Shown: positions 20,038-28,843, counted from the stretch's first letter. The stretch is DNA of 64,000 bases from Candidatus Bathyarchaeia archaeon (GCA_049512935.1 JBEKWR010000002.1:96001-160000), one strand, 5' to 3'. Notes: generated from the sequence alone by a model not told the origin. Program-made: numbers and translations.

Positions 20038-20591
20038 GAATACAAATCCTTATCAGCTGTAATGGGAAAGGCAAGGTAATTCCAGCCATCATACGCATTA
20101 AATAAACGGTAATTATTATGCTCATCATAGGTTCCGGGGAAAAAAACCAGTAACCTTCCTTCAAAAGCAGGCGCCAATGCATTAACAACTTCTTTCACTT
20201 TTAAAAATCCGAAAAGTGAACCAACACCCTTCAAAGCAACAACCGTATTTCTATTTATTTTGTGAGCTTTAAGAAAGCAATCAAACTCTTTCTTAATAAA
20301 TTCAAGATACTGGGGCAAGAGAGCCGAAAGAAACTCGGGGTTCTTAAAATAACTCTTCTTGTAACGTTGATTTGCAAGCCACACTGCAAAAGTGTCAGTT
20401 AGGTCAAAGACAGCCCATTCATGTCCAGCTTGTTTAGTTACAATTTCGAACTCATCAATCTTGGCTCTAAGCTGAAGTTCATCATCCTCTTTATAAACGC
20501 AAAAAATAACGCGTTGAGGGGCAGCGACATCTTCCCAAGGTAGAGCAATATGAACATTGTACTTTTCAATAAGTCGCTTAATTCTGTTCAT
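20034..20591 (-). CDS. brxB: BREX BrxB (DUF1788)
   Basis: GVGSLFGF...GRLLVFFPGTY...YRLF...NYLAFPI; position before pglX. Confidence 0.85.
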   Translation of the reverse strand: MNRIKRLIEKYNVHIALPWEDVAAPQRVIFCVYKEDDELQLRAKIDEFEIVTKQAGHEWAVFDLTDTFAVWLANQRYKKSYFKNPEFLSALLPQYLEFIKKEFDCFLKAHKINRNTVVALKGVGSLFGFLKVKEVVNALAPAFEGRLLVFFPGTYDEHNNYRLFNAYDGWNYLAFPITADKDLYS

Positions 20592-21378
20592 GAATCCACT
20601 CCCTTTCTTGTGCGGTTAACAAATTTGGAAACTGAACCTCCATAACCTTTCCTATGCGCTTAAAGTTAATCCAGCCTCGACGTGAAGCATCTTCCGCCAA
20701 CTCCACCGCACGTGCAGATGAGCAATCCAGCAACTTTGCGAATTCTGTTGTGAAGAGAGCTTCGCCCCGTACACCGCAAAGATAACCTAAGAAAAGGGCG
20801 TATGCAGTGGACCCCACCGTGGCTTTTGCTTTGGTTCGAATCTTGTTTTCTTTTTCGATTAGGTGTCCTGATTTTGTCCAGGTAGCGCTAAGGTTTCTAA
20901 CAACCGATCTAAGCGAAACTTCAGTGAAACGGTTTGGGTTGTCTCGGTTAATGTATTCTTCGAGTTTTTCCTTGTGAAAGGTTTCTCCTTCTGCTAGCGG
21001 TAGAATCACAGGGGCGCTCATTCTTACCAAACCATCACGCGCATAAGCAGAAAGCAAAGCCAAGAGTGGTCGTCCAGCAACGTCTCGGTCCCAAAAATAC
21101 CTCAGAGCCCTAAACGTGGTGATTGATGGGTCTAAACCATAAAGAAAACCAAGATGCATGCTTGTGATTTTTCTGGTTTTTTCAGAGCGTTTGCCTAAGC
21201 AGTTCTCTTCCACAATAGCCTTAAGATAATCACTCTTGACGGAATTAGGATTGATCACGCACGATAACAAAGCTTGAAGGTCGTCAAGCATCATTGAACG
21301 TGCCGCATGCGTGTTTCCTTTTTCCAGGCGAAAGCCGAAACGAGACAAGATATCACTGTTAAGGTTGGGGTTTTCCAT
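20578..21378 (-). CDS. brxA: BrxA-like DNA-binding protein, first gene of BREX operon
   Basis: EENCLGKRSEKTR, LLALLSAYARD, WTKSGHL; overlaps brxB. Confidence 0.7.
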   Translation of the reverse strand: MENPNLNSDILSRFGFRLEKGNTHAARSMMLDDLQALLSCVINPNSVKSDYLKAIVEENCLGKRSEKTRKITSMHLGFLYGLDPSITTFRALRYFWDRDVAGRPLLALLSAYARDGLVRMSAPVILPLAEGETFHKEKLEEYINRDNPNRFTEVSLRSVVRNLSATWTKSGHLIEKENKIRTKAKATVGSTAYALFLGYLCGVRGEALFTTEFAKLLDCSSARAVELAEDASRRGWINFKRIGKVMEVQFPNLLTAQEREWIHEQN

Positions 21379-21495
21379 GCTTCACGAGCCTCTATTCCCC
21401 CTGCGTCTCGTTAACAGGGCGATCGGAATGCTGCCATCAACGTTACTGCAGGAGAGTTTTGATACTGTATGCTGAGTTTCTTATTTAGAACTTGC

Positions 21496-21503
21496 TATTT
21501 ATA
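21496..21503 (-). promoter_or_regulatory. Probable TATA box of BREX operon
   Basis: TATAAATA on minus strand about 120 nt before the brxA ATG. Confidence 0.45.
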
Positions 21504-21584
21504 GGTAAATCAGGAGAACCTGAATTGCCAAAGGATATTAGGAAACTACGACTAACTTAGGTCTGCGACAAGCCTTACACCTTA

Positions 21585-22160
21585 GTGAGAGCGATGAATA
21601 AAGAAGAAGCGAGAGCAATTGTTCGTGCAAACTTGAAGGGCAAGAAAAAGAAGGAAGCACCGCTACTTGTTATTGCTGAAGCGGTCAGATTACTGGTGTC
21701 CGACCGAGAGTTTGGATCAACCACTAAACTTGCAGACAGCTTTAGTGTGAAAAGACCGACGATAGAATCTTTTGATAAAATGAATGATCAACCCGTTGAA
21801 GTAAAGAAACTTATTAAGGAAGGTAAAATCGGTATTGACAACAATCCTAAATTAGCAAGCATCGTTGATGTGCAAAGACGAATCGCGGTAGCTTATACCA
21901 TAGCAGGCCTAAGAACAAGGGATGCACGGGAAATAATAGCTAAATGCAAGAAGGACTGCAATCTTGAACCTGAAGAGTGCAAGAAAGCCATTATTAATGT
22001 TAAACCGCCAAAGAAACCGATAAAATCACTGGCAATACCTTTAGAACCAGAGGAACATTCTAAATTTTTTGAAGCATCGAAAAAAGCTGGTCTCAGCCCA
22101 AAAGAGGCAGGTAAACAAGCTATCGCTGAATGGGTTAAAGAGCAAGAAAAAAGCAGCTGA
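21585..22160 (+). CDS. Putative DNA-binding protein (HTH/ParB-like helical region + C-terminal RHH-like)
   Basis: TTKLADSFSVKRPTIESF HTH-like; IKSLAIPLEPEEHSKF...GLSPKEAGKQAIAEW CopG-like; divergent from BREX. Confidence 0.5.
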   Translation: MRAMNKEEARAIVRANLKGKKKKEAPLLVIAEAVRLLVSDREFGSTTKLADSFSVKRPTIESFDKMNDQPVEVKKLIKEGKIGIDNNPKLASIVDVQRRIAVAYTIAGLRTRDAREIIAKCKKDCNLEPEECKKAIINVKPPKKPIKSLAIPLEPEEHSKFFEASKKAGLSPKEAGKQAIAEWVKEQEKSS

Positions 22161-22163
22161 CTC

Positions 22164-22910
22164 TTAGATTAAGCACTCACTGCTACAGAGTCTTTTGACG
22201 TAGACATCGGGTAGGGTCTCTTTCTTCTCAAGTTTTTCCTGCAAAGTTCCGAGCGTCCATTTCATTAGCCGCTGTTTAGGGAAATGCTTTGAATTCTCTT
22301 CTAGCTCTTTTGCCTTCATAAACAGGTCCTTATGTTTTTCGTAAATCTCGGTCCATCTCGATAAAGAATTGAACGGACAGAAGAAACAGCCGCTTCTCAC
22401 AGGCATTGAGAAATCGAAGTCTGAGAGCAAGATTATGTCCATGCACTCTTGGCGTGCAATCTGCTTCTCAACTAGAGGGAAGACATTCTTAACGTAGGGT
22501 ACTCCGCTTTCCTTCATGCGGTCTCTTTCTTCATAGGCTATGCCAAGATACTGGTTTACGGGAACGCCAAAAGACCGATAGTGCGAATAGATGGGCGTTA
22601 TCTTGTAGTCACGTGTGGACCAGCGCCAAATCTGTGAGGGTATGACTTTTCGGCGCTTGCAAGTATCATACAGCGTCCCATTCTTAGACCTAACAACCGT
22701 CAACGGTACACCGTGTTTGCTTAAGTAAGAATCAACTGTCTTCAAGTGCTCATAGGTCTCAGGCACCTCGGCGCCCGTGTCGGCGAAAATAACCTCGTCT
22801 AAAGGGTACTCCTTCTCAACGAGCATAATCATAAGAGCCGTCGAATTTAGTCCTGCACCGAAACTAAGAACATACTTCTCATCAGGCTTTCGTTCAAGCA
22901 TTACTGCCAC
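22164..22910 (-). CDS. PAPS-reductase-family (adenine nucleotide alpha hydrolase) protein
   Basis: PP-loop-like SFGAGLNSTA, FADTGAEVPETY, SGCFFCPF, C-terminal CSSEC; possible start ATG 22901. Confidence 0.8.
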   Translation of the reverse strand: MAVMLERKPDEKYVLSFGAGLNSTALMIMLVEKEYPLDEVIFADTGAEVPETYEHLKTVDSYLSKHGVPLTVVRSKNGTLYDTCKRRKVIPSQIWRWSTRDYKITPIYSHYRSFGVPVNQYLGIAYEERDRMKESGVPYVKNVFPLVEKQIARQECMDIILLSDFDFSMPVRSGCFFCPFNSLSRWTEIYEKHKDLFMKAKELEENSKHFPKQRLMKWTLGTLQEKLEKKETLPDVYVKRLCSSECLI

Positions 22911-23034
22911 CGCTTGCAGGACACTATCCTGCGCATGCAGGACATTATGGATTGTCCTGCAATAAAAAATTTTCTAGCCTACCGCTTGAAAAGTTGCCTT
23001 TAGCTGATAAGAATTGGGCGGTTATAGAAAAAAA

Positions 23035-23202
23035 TTATGTCTTGGGTATGGTAAAGCCAAGTTTGCCCTCATGATAATACATGAATGTAGTTTTCTTGCA
23101 GTTGGAACACGGATAGGCTTTAACTTGATAGTAGCCTTTTCTGAAAGGCCATTCTTTCGAAGGCTTGTTAGGTAATTCAGAGCCACATCTTGGACACTTC
23201 AA
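23035..23202 (-). CDS. 55-aa Zn-ribbon micro-protein (not in ORF track)
   Basis: MKCPRCGSELPNKPSKEWPFRKGYYQVKAYPCSNCKKTTFMYYHEGKLGFTIPKT; TTG start, GGTGA SD, TTTATAT box upstream. Confidence 0.7.
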   Translation of the reverse strand: MKCPRCGSELPNKPSKEWPFRKGYYQVKAYPCSNCKKTTFMYYHEGKLGFTIPKT

Positions 23203-23294
23203 GGCAATTCACCAAGCCTATGTTTTAGCATAAGAAGGATATAAATTAAGGCACTCTTTCTTTTGCCTGCTCAGCCACCGAAGGTTCGTTCCCC

Positions 23295-24107
23295 TTATTG
23301 ACGGATCAGATCCATTTGCTCTTTCGTCAAGAGATTCGGAAATTGAGCTTCCATTACATCCTCTAACCGCTTAAAAGAAAGCCATCCCCGAGATGACGCA
23401 TTTTCCGCCAGAGCAATGCAATCATTCACTGGCGAGTCGAGCAAGTGCATGAACTCAGTTGAAAATAATTGCTTTCCACGACTTCCCAATAAGTAACCAA
23501 GAAAAAGGGCGTATGAAACAGAACCCTCTGTAGCTACAGCCCTCGAACGAGTCCTTCCTGCTCTCTGTATATGGCCAGACCGAATCAGACTTCCACAAAC
23601 ATTTCTAACCAATCCACCCAGGCAGAACTCGCTCAATCGACCGGCTGCTTCCTTATCAAGAAACTCTTTGAAAGCCGTTCGATCAATAACTTCCCCTTCC
23701 TTAAGTGATAAAATGTACGGGACGCTCATTCGAAGCAAGCCATCCCGCGAATATGCACTGAGCAATGCTAACAAAGGTTGGCTGCTGACGCCTCGTGTCC
23801 AGAAATATCTAAGAGCTTGAAAGGTAGCAACAGATGGGTCGAGTGAATAAAGAGTCATTAAATGCCTTGCTGAAAGCTCCCGATTTTTCTGTGACCTCTT
23901 CCCCAAGCAATTATTCTCTATAATTACCGTTACATAATCTCCTTTCTGAGCGTCTGGAGATGGAACGCACGAAAGTAGCGTCTGGAGTTCTTCAAGCATT
24001 ATTGTTCGACCGATGTGTACGCCGCTCGGGCCCAAGCGGAACCCTAGCTTTCTAAGAACTGATTTACTAGCTGTGGTTTGATTATGTTCTGCAAGCTCAC
24101 TTAACAC
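23295..24107 (-). CDS. Second BrxA-like paralogue
   Basis: Full-length similarity to 20578-21378 (GFRL, ENNCLGKRS, LYSLDPS, ALRYFW, YALFLGYL, FPNLLT). Confidence 0.75.
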   Translation of the reverse strand: MLSELAEHNQTTASKSVLRKLGFRLGPSGVHIGRTIMLEELQTLLSCVPSPDAQKGDYVTVIIENNCLGKRSQKNRELSARHLMTLYSLDPSVATFQALRYFWTRGVSSQPLLALLSAYSRDGLLRMSVPYILSLKEGEVIDRTAFKEFLDKEAAGRLSEFCLGGLVRNVCGSLIRSGHIQRAGRTRSRAVATEGSVSYALFLGYLLGSRGKQLFSTEFMHLLDSPVNDCIALAENASSRGWLSFKRLEDVMEAQFPNLLTKEQMDLIRQ

Positions 24108-24276
24108 GTTAGCAGCCCCCTGTTAAGTTTTTAGGCGATCCAAACTTAAGCTTTGTTCTTTTTTCCAGCATGCTAAGAGTGGAAAGACTCGAACAACTAA
24201 AAGTGAGGCAAACTCTGCTAAACAACAATTTATAAACCGACAGCACCAACAAAACACATGGACACTAGGTGAAAGA

Positions 24277-24540
24277 TTGGATGCATTTTCCGTCTTGCTT
24301 ACAATCTTTATTGTTTCCGTACTCTTCGTAGGAGCGCTGATTGCCATTGCAATCTTTTCTGCATTGTTCAGAAAAAAAGAATCGCGGCCGACTTACAGCT
24401 CAACAAATCAAGAACCTTCATCTCCGACCAATCAAGCCGCGAGCGACATAATTGAGGATAGTGAGGGGGACGGTTTGATGCTCTTTGACGACCCTATGTT
24501 TCCTCCAGAATTCAATGATGAGGAAGAGGACGACTTTTGA
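24277..24540 (+). CDS. Small membrane protein with acidic tail
   Basis: GGTGA SD, N-terminal TM helix, D/E-rich C-terminus. Confidence 0.6.
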   Translation: MDAFSVLLTIFIVSVLFVGALIAIAIFSALFRKKESRPTYSSTNQEPSSPTNQAASDIIEDSEGDGLMLFDDPMFPPEFNDEEEDDF

Positions 24541-24638
24541 TGGAGAAGACTGAAATTTTGTTTGAAGAAGAACCAGACGACGAAAAGGGGGATTGGCCAG
24601 TTCCAGATGAACCTGATAACCCCGAGAATGAGCCCTAA
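24540..24638 (+). CDS. 32-aa acidic peptide
   Basis: TGATG coupling to upstream ORF; MEKTEILFEEEPDDEKGDWPVPDEPDNPENEP. Confidence 0.4.
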   Translation: MEKTEILFEEEPDDEKGDWPVPDEPDNPENEP

Positions 24639-24683
24639 GCCTTAATGGCTTTTTTATAAGATCATTGAATCAAATATTTGCTA

Positions 24684-25403
24684 TTAGAAAGGCGCAGTGT
24701 TTTTTGTTGAAATGCCGATATTGAAGAGTTCTCTTTTTTCTCCATTTTTTATTGCGTAGAACTTCATTTCAAACCCTTCCGCGAGCGGAAACCGGCTTTG
24801 TGGGGGAAAAATCATACTGGGAAAACCATCAACCGTCGGATTATCAAGATCCAAAATGTAATCTAATTGTCGAGCAGTCTGCGGATGTGATTCTCGCCGC
24901 CCATGGCTCGCCAGCAGCCGATGTACGCTCTTGGCTGCAATTCTAAGGTCTTGTTTGAGAAGCCGAAGCTCTTCATTGACAGTTAACCCTTTATAACGCT
25001 GCTCAAACTCTCTCCTCCGCGCATCCGCAACCTGCATAATTTCCCTGTTGACTTGACCCTTAACGTAGGATCGTGTCTTATCCCAATCACGCTTAACAGT
25101 CCTTGTTGAAACACCAAGCTCATCGGCGATCTGCTTCTGCGTAAAACCCTTCTCAGCCAAAACCCTCACCTGACGTCTACGCTCCCTTTCCCGTTTATAC
25201 TGCACTACACTCTTAGTATAGGCCGAAACCCTGCGATAAGACGCCTCTTTCACCTTAGAATGCTCCTTCTTTGTGCTGAAATGCTCATTTTCTTCCAGCT
25301 GAAAACCCCCATTTTCGCCTATTTCGCGAAAAGGCTCATTTTCCAAAGCTTTCTCCGCAACAATATCCTCCATTTCTGGCAATTTTTCACCATTAGTGGA
25401 CAA
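24684..25403 (-). CDS. HTH-domain protein
   Basis: GFTQKQIADELGVSTRTVKRD. Confidence 0.75.
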   Translation of the reverse strand: MSTNGEKLPEMEDIVAEKALENEPFREIGENGGFQLEENEHFSTKKEHSKVKEASYRRVSAYTKSVVQYKRERERRRQVRVLAEKGFTQKQIADELGVSTRTVKRDWDKTRSYVKGQVNREIMQVADARRREFEQRYKGLTVNEELRLLKQDLRIAAKSVHRLLASHGRRESHPQTARQLDYILDLDNPTVDGFPSMIFPPQSRFPLAEGFEMKFYAIKNGEKRELFNIGISTKNTAPF

Positions 25404-25582
25404 ATTTTACGCTCACTTCCAACATTATTTTGAATTTTAACAGAGCAATTTTTCTAAATTTTGTCACCCTCTGAATTATCATCTTTTCCCTCAAACCTAT
25501 CGCACTTCTGCATGCACTTTACTTCAACTTGCTGAAATCACCTCATCTTCAACAGCAACCTTGAAAGAGTCTGCAGTCAAAC

Positions 25583-25608
25583 CACAGAATACACAGAATA
25601 CTTTATAT
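25583..25608 (+). promoter_or_regulatory. Tandem 9-bp repeat (CACAGAATA x2) abutting TATA box TTTATAT
   Basis: Directly upstream of the RHH gene at 25652; probable operator/promoter. Confidence 0.45.
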
Positions 25609-25651
25609 TTTAAGATTACGCATAACTACCCAACGGAAAGAGGAGTATAAA

Positions 25652-26137
25652 ATGCCAAAAAACGTAACAATTTACCTTTCCGACGAAATAGCCGGAAAAA
25701 TGGAAAAATACCCTGAAGTGAACTGGTCCGAAATCTGCCGAAAAGCAGTAGTAGAATACATAGATACCCGCAGCCAAATAGACATAGCATCAATACTTGA
25801 AAAGCTTAAAGCCGAAAGCAATGAAGCCTACAAGCAAGGCCAGATACTATTCTATCAGATAGCGCCAAAAATGTCTCTGAAAGAATTTGACATATGGTAT
25901 CCACGAGTGAGCGCAACTATTTTGGAAGGCGGTGAAGGCGGTTTGCTTGGTGATTCACCTTCGCTTTCCCCAGAAGCCGCAACATATCAAGCTAAAAAAG
26001 GTATGGCACATATGATGGGCAGTTTTTGCCGAGACAACAGCATAACTTACCCCTCAGACGCTTCTGACGCTTTCTGGGAAGGCGCCATAGCCGCATTCAT
26101 GAACGTCTACACCAAAATAAAACCGAAAAAGAATTGA
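25652..26137 (+). CDS. Protein with N-terminal ribbon-helix-helix (CopG-like)
   Basis: MPKNVTIYLSDEI...PEVNWSEICRKAV; GAGGAG SD. Confidence 0.7.
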   Translation: MPKNVTIYLSDEIAGKMEKYPEVNWSEICRKAVVEYIDTRSQIDIASILEKLKAESNEAYKQGQILFYQIAPKMSLKEFDIWYPRVSATILEGGEGGLLGDSPSLSPEAATYQAKKGMAHMMGSFCRDNSITYPSDASDAFWEGAIAAFMNVYTKIKPKKN

Positions 26138-26215
26138 CTACAACAATGCAGCAATATCAAAGCTTCCAAAACTTTTCTTGGGACAATAAAAAAGCGATAG
26201 GAGGCACCTAAAAGA

Positions 26216-26662
26216 TTGCAATTGAAACGACTGGTTGTGGGCAAAGGAAAAACATCTAGACCTGGCGAAGCAGATGAATGGGTAAAAAACTACTTTGAGA
26301 TTGAAGCGTCTGTCGAAAATCCAGCTGAGCTTGAAGCCGCAAAAGCAAACCTCAGCGGACTTATCGATGGATGGCTTTCCACACATAAACCAGTCCCAAG
26401 GGAAACGCCGAAAAAGACTCAACTAATATCGCAAGATCTTGAAAAGCTGCCGTGGAAAACCTACAATTCAAAAGAAGACTGCAAACCTAACGAGGCAGGC
26501 TGGATCTTCACAAACACGCCTGGGGCAGAAGCTCTCTCAGAATTAATTAAAAAACAAGACAAAGAACCCGTTATCCAAATAGGCGATTGCAACTTCACCG
26601 TAAGATTCAGCGGCGCGGAAAAACAATTCATCGGAAGAGCACCAGTAAAAACCCAAACTTAA
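26216..26662 (+). CDS. Hypothetical protein of integrative element
   Basis: GGAGG SD, 148-aa ORF co-oriented with integrase. Confidence 0.6.
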   Translation: MQLKRLVVGKGKTSRPGEADEWVKNYFEIEASVENPAELEAAKANLSGLIDGWLSTHKPVPRETPKKTQLISQDLEKLPWKTYNSKEDCKPNEAGWIFTNTPGAEALSELIKKQDKEPVIQIGDCNFTVRFSGAEKQFIGRAPVKTQT

Positions 26663-26683
26663 CCAAGAACGTGAGGCAACATA

Positions 26684-27055
26684 GTGACTCCTCTTACTTT
26701 TTCCTTGGGTTCGCCTGTTTATATCCGCTATAAAGACCACGTTCTCTTCAAAAACATTCAGCAACCCATGGAAGAAGCAATGGAGAGGGAAACCATCGGC
26801 TGGCTATCAAGAGAAAACGGCGAAATAATTCTCGTCGAGCACGACCGAACAATGCCAAATGCTGAACTCTGCAGCGGTCAAAGCAACGGACTAATTATTT
26901 TAAAGAGCTGCATCATAGAAATCCGCAAGCTACCACTACAAGAAAGTTCAAAGTGGCACTTAAATTCTCAAGAAACTACAGATAAAGCAGAGTATGCGCT
27001 TCAGCCAAAGAAGCGAAAAACTCCAAAAAGAAACAGGACGGGAGCAAAAAAATGA
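26684..27055 (+). CDS. Hypothetical protein (small beta-rich) coupled to integrase
   Basis: ATGA overlap with the integrase start. Confidence 0.55.
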   Translation: MTPLTFSLGSPVYIRYKDHVLFKNIQQPMEEAMERETIGWLSRENGEIILVEHDRTMPNAELCSGQSNGLIILKSCIIEIRKLPLQESSKWHLNSQETTDKAEYALQPKKRKTPKRNRTGAKK

Positions 27056-28587
27056 AAACCGTAACCATAACGGAGAGCTCCCGAGGCACCAAACTGCAAA
27101 AACCACTAACTCTCACCTTGCCTGAAGCAGAGACAGCCGCAGACAAAAAGCTCCAACAATACATAATCGACGCATTACTAACCAAAATGCCAAGCCTCGT
27201 AACCTTAACCTTCCAAAACACCACAACCATAGAACTAGCAAAACACCTCTTACGTCACAGAACAGGCAGCCCAGCCACCCTCTACCAATACATCTACGGC
27301 GTCCACCGCTTCAGTCTCTGGACAAACACCCAACCCGACCAACTTGTCAAAGCCTGCCAAGATCAAGACGGAGACCCAAAACCAAAAGCTCTTTCGCAGA
27401 CTAGCCGCATGCTAGATGACTTCGTCGCCAACCTGCAAGCCGAAAACTTGGCACCAGGAACCGTAAGCAATCACGTTAAGGGCGTCAAAGCATTATTCCG
27501 CTGCAACGGACTAAAACTTGAACTTCCTTACAATCTGAGTAAAAGAAGCGTCTACGAAGATAGAGCACCAACACCTGAAGAGCTACAAAAAATGCTCGAC
27601 TTAGCCGATCTACGCGAACGAGTAATAATATCGCTACTGGCGTTAGGCGGATTTCGCATCGGCACTCTATCCAAGCTACAGTATCGCCATGTCAGACGCG
27701 ACCTAGAAAAAGGCATAATCCCAATCCACGTGCATGTTGAATCAGAGATAACCAAGGGCAAATACCACGACTACGACACATTCCTGGGACTGGAAGCAGC
27801 CGAATATCTCAAAGCCTACTTGGACTTACGAAAACAAGGCAGCCCAACAGGGCGAAAACAACCAGAAATTATCCACGACAACTCACCATTAATACGCGAT
27901 GGACAAAGCAACCTTGCCAAACCAATAACAACAGGCAGAATTCACTCAGTTGTCCACAACCTCTACGTCAAAGCAGGATTAGTAACCAGCAACCCTCGAG
28001 GAAGACGCTACGACCTAAGAGCCCACAGCATTCGCAAATACTTCCGGACACAGCTAGCCGCACTTAGCATTCAAACCGATTACATCGAATACATGATGGG
28101 ACACACAATCAGCACCTATCACGACATACGCATGAAAGGCATAGAATACCTCCGCGGCGTATACATCTCCTCAGGCCTAAGCATAAAACCAAAAACTCGC
28201 CTAAACAAACTTGAAGCCCTCAAAGAAATGATTCGCGCATGGGGACTCAACCCTGACCAAGTGATGTCCAGAGAAGCATTAGCGCAATCCAATGTAACCG
28301 TCATAGACCGAGCCCAACTAGAACAAACTCAACTGACACAATTAACAGCTGTTTTAAAGCAGCAGATGATCAAAGAAATATACGAGAGTCAAGGTCAAAA
28401 AAGTATGAATTCACGCCTGGGACAAAGTAGCCCGGGAGAGATTCGAACTCCCTTAGGGGCAGTTTTCAGGCGATTTATTAATTTCAGTCATTTCTATAAT
28501 CTCATTGGTAGACGTGGTGGCAATTTGGGATTAAAAGGCTTCTCAACCACAATAAGAGCTTCAAGATTCCAGAACAGGACACAATAG
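27052..28587 (+). CDS. Tyrosine recombinase/integrase
   Basis: Catalytic R (GFRIGTL), K (ITKG), HxxR (HSIRKYFR), H/Y (MMGHTISTY); 3' end crosses the att site. Confidence 0.92.
   Translation: MKTVTITESSRGTKLQKPLTLTLPEAETAADKKLQQYIIDALLTKMPSLVTLTFQNTTTIELAKHLLRHRTGSPATLYQYIYGVHRFSLWTNTQPDQLVKACQDQDGDPKPKALSQTSRMLDDFVANLQAENLAPGTVSNHVKGVKALFRCNGLKLELPYNLSKRSVYEDRAPTPEELQKMLDLADLRERVIISLLALGGFRIGTLSKLQYRHVRRDLEKGIIPIHVHVESEITKGKYHDYDTFLGLEAAEYLKAYLDLRKQGSPTGRKQPEIIHDNSPLIRDGQSNLAKPITTGRIHSVVHNLYVKAGLVTSNPRGRRYDLRAHSIRKYFRTQLAALSIQTDYIEYMMGHTISTYHDIRMKGIEYLRGVYISSGLSIKPKTRLNKLEALKEMIRAWGLNPDQVMSREALAQSNVTVIDRAQLEQTQLTQLTAVLKQQMIKEIYESQGQKSMNSRLGQSSPGEIRTPLGAVFRRFINFSHFYNLIGRRGGNLGLKGFSTTIRASRFQNRTQ
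28426..28452 (-). repeat. att site: imperfect copy of tRNA-Gln 3' end
   Basis: AGTAGCCCGGGAGAGATTCGAACTCCC versus AGTAGCCCGGGAGAGACTCGAACTCTC at 33042-33068 (25/27 identical). Confidence 0.88.
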
Positions 28588-28843
28588 AAAAAGTAAGTAG
28601 AGGCATTAATCAACGAAGAAGCTCTCTTGTTCGCTAAATATCTGAGGAACAGAAAGAGAGAATGGATTCCAAGAGTTAATATTGTGCGCACGCGCTAAAA
28701 TAGGGCTGTTCTAACGTTCTATTAACACATTCTCGATAGATTATGGCTAATTTAGCTTATTGAGCCTTAAGAAAGCTTAAATATTACTTCAGACTATTAC
28801 TTGTCAGCAGTTCCAGTTTTGCCTTGAGGCAGATGGATGAAAA

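Larger units (their letters stand above)
1..28452. mobile_element. Integrated defence island (BREX-carrying), left end outside window
   Basis: Tyrosine integrase abutting a tRNA-Gln 3'-end copy (28426-28452); dense defence cargo; visibly more AT-rich than the core genes at 56-64 kb; no matching left att noticed in the window. Confidence 0.8.

Noticed and set aside
22164-22910. Complete Dnd/Ssp phosphorothioation system or sulfate assimilation cysH
   Set aside because: No cysteine desulfurase, dndB/D/E, sspE or sulfate-activation genes in the window
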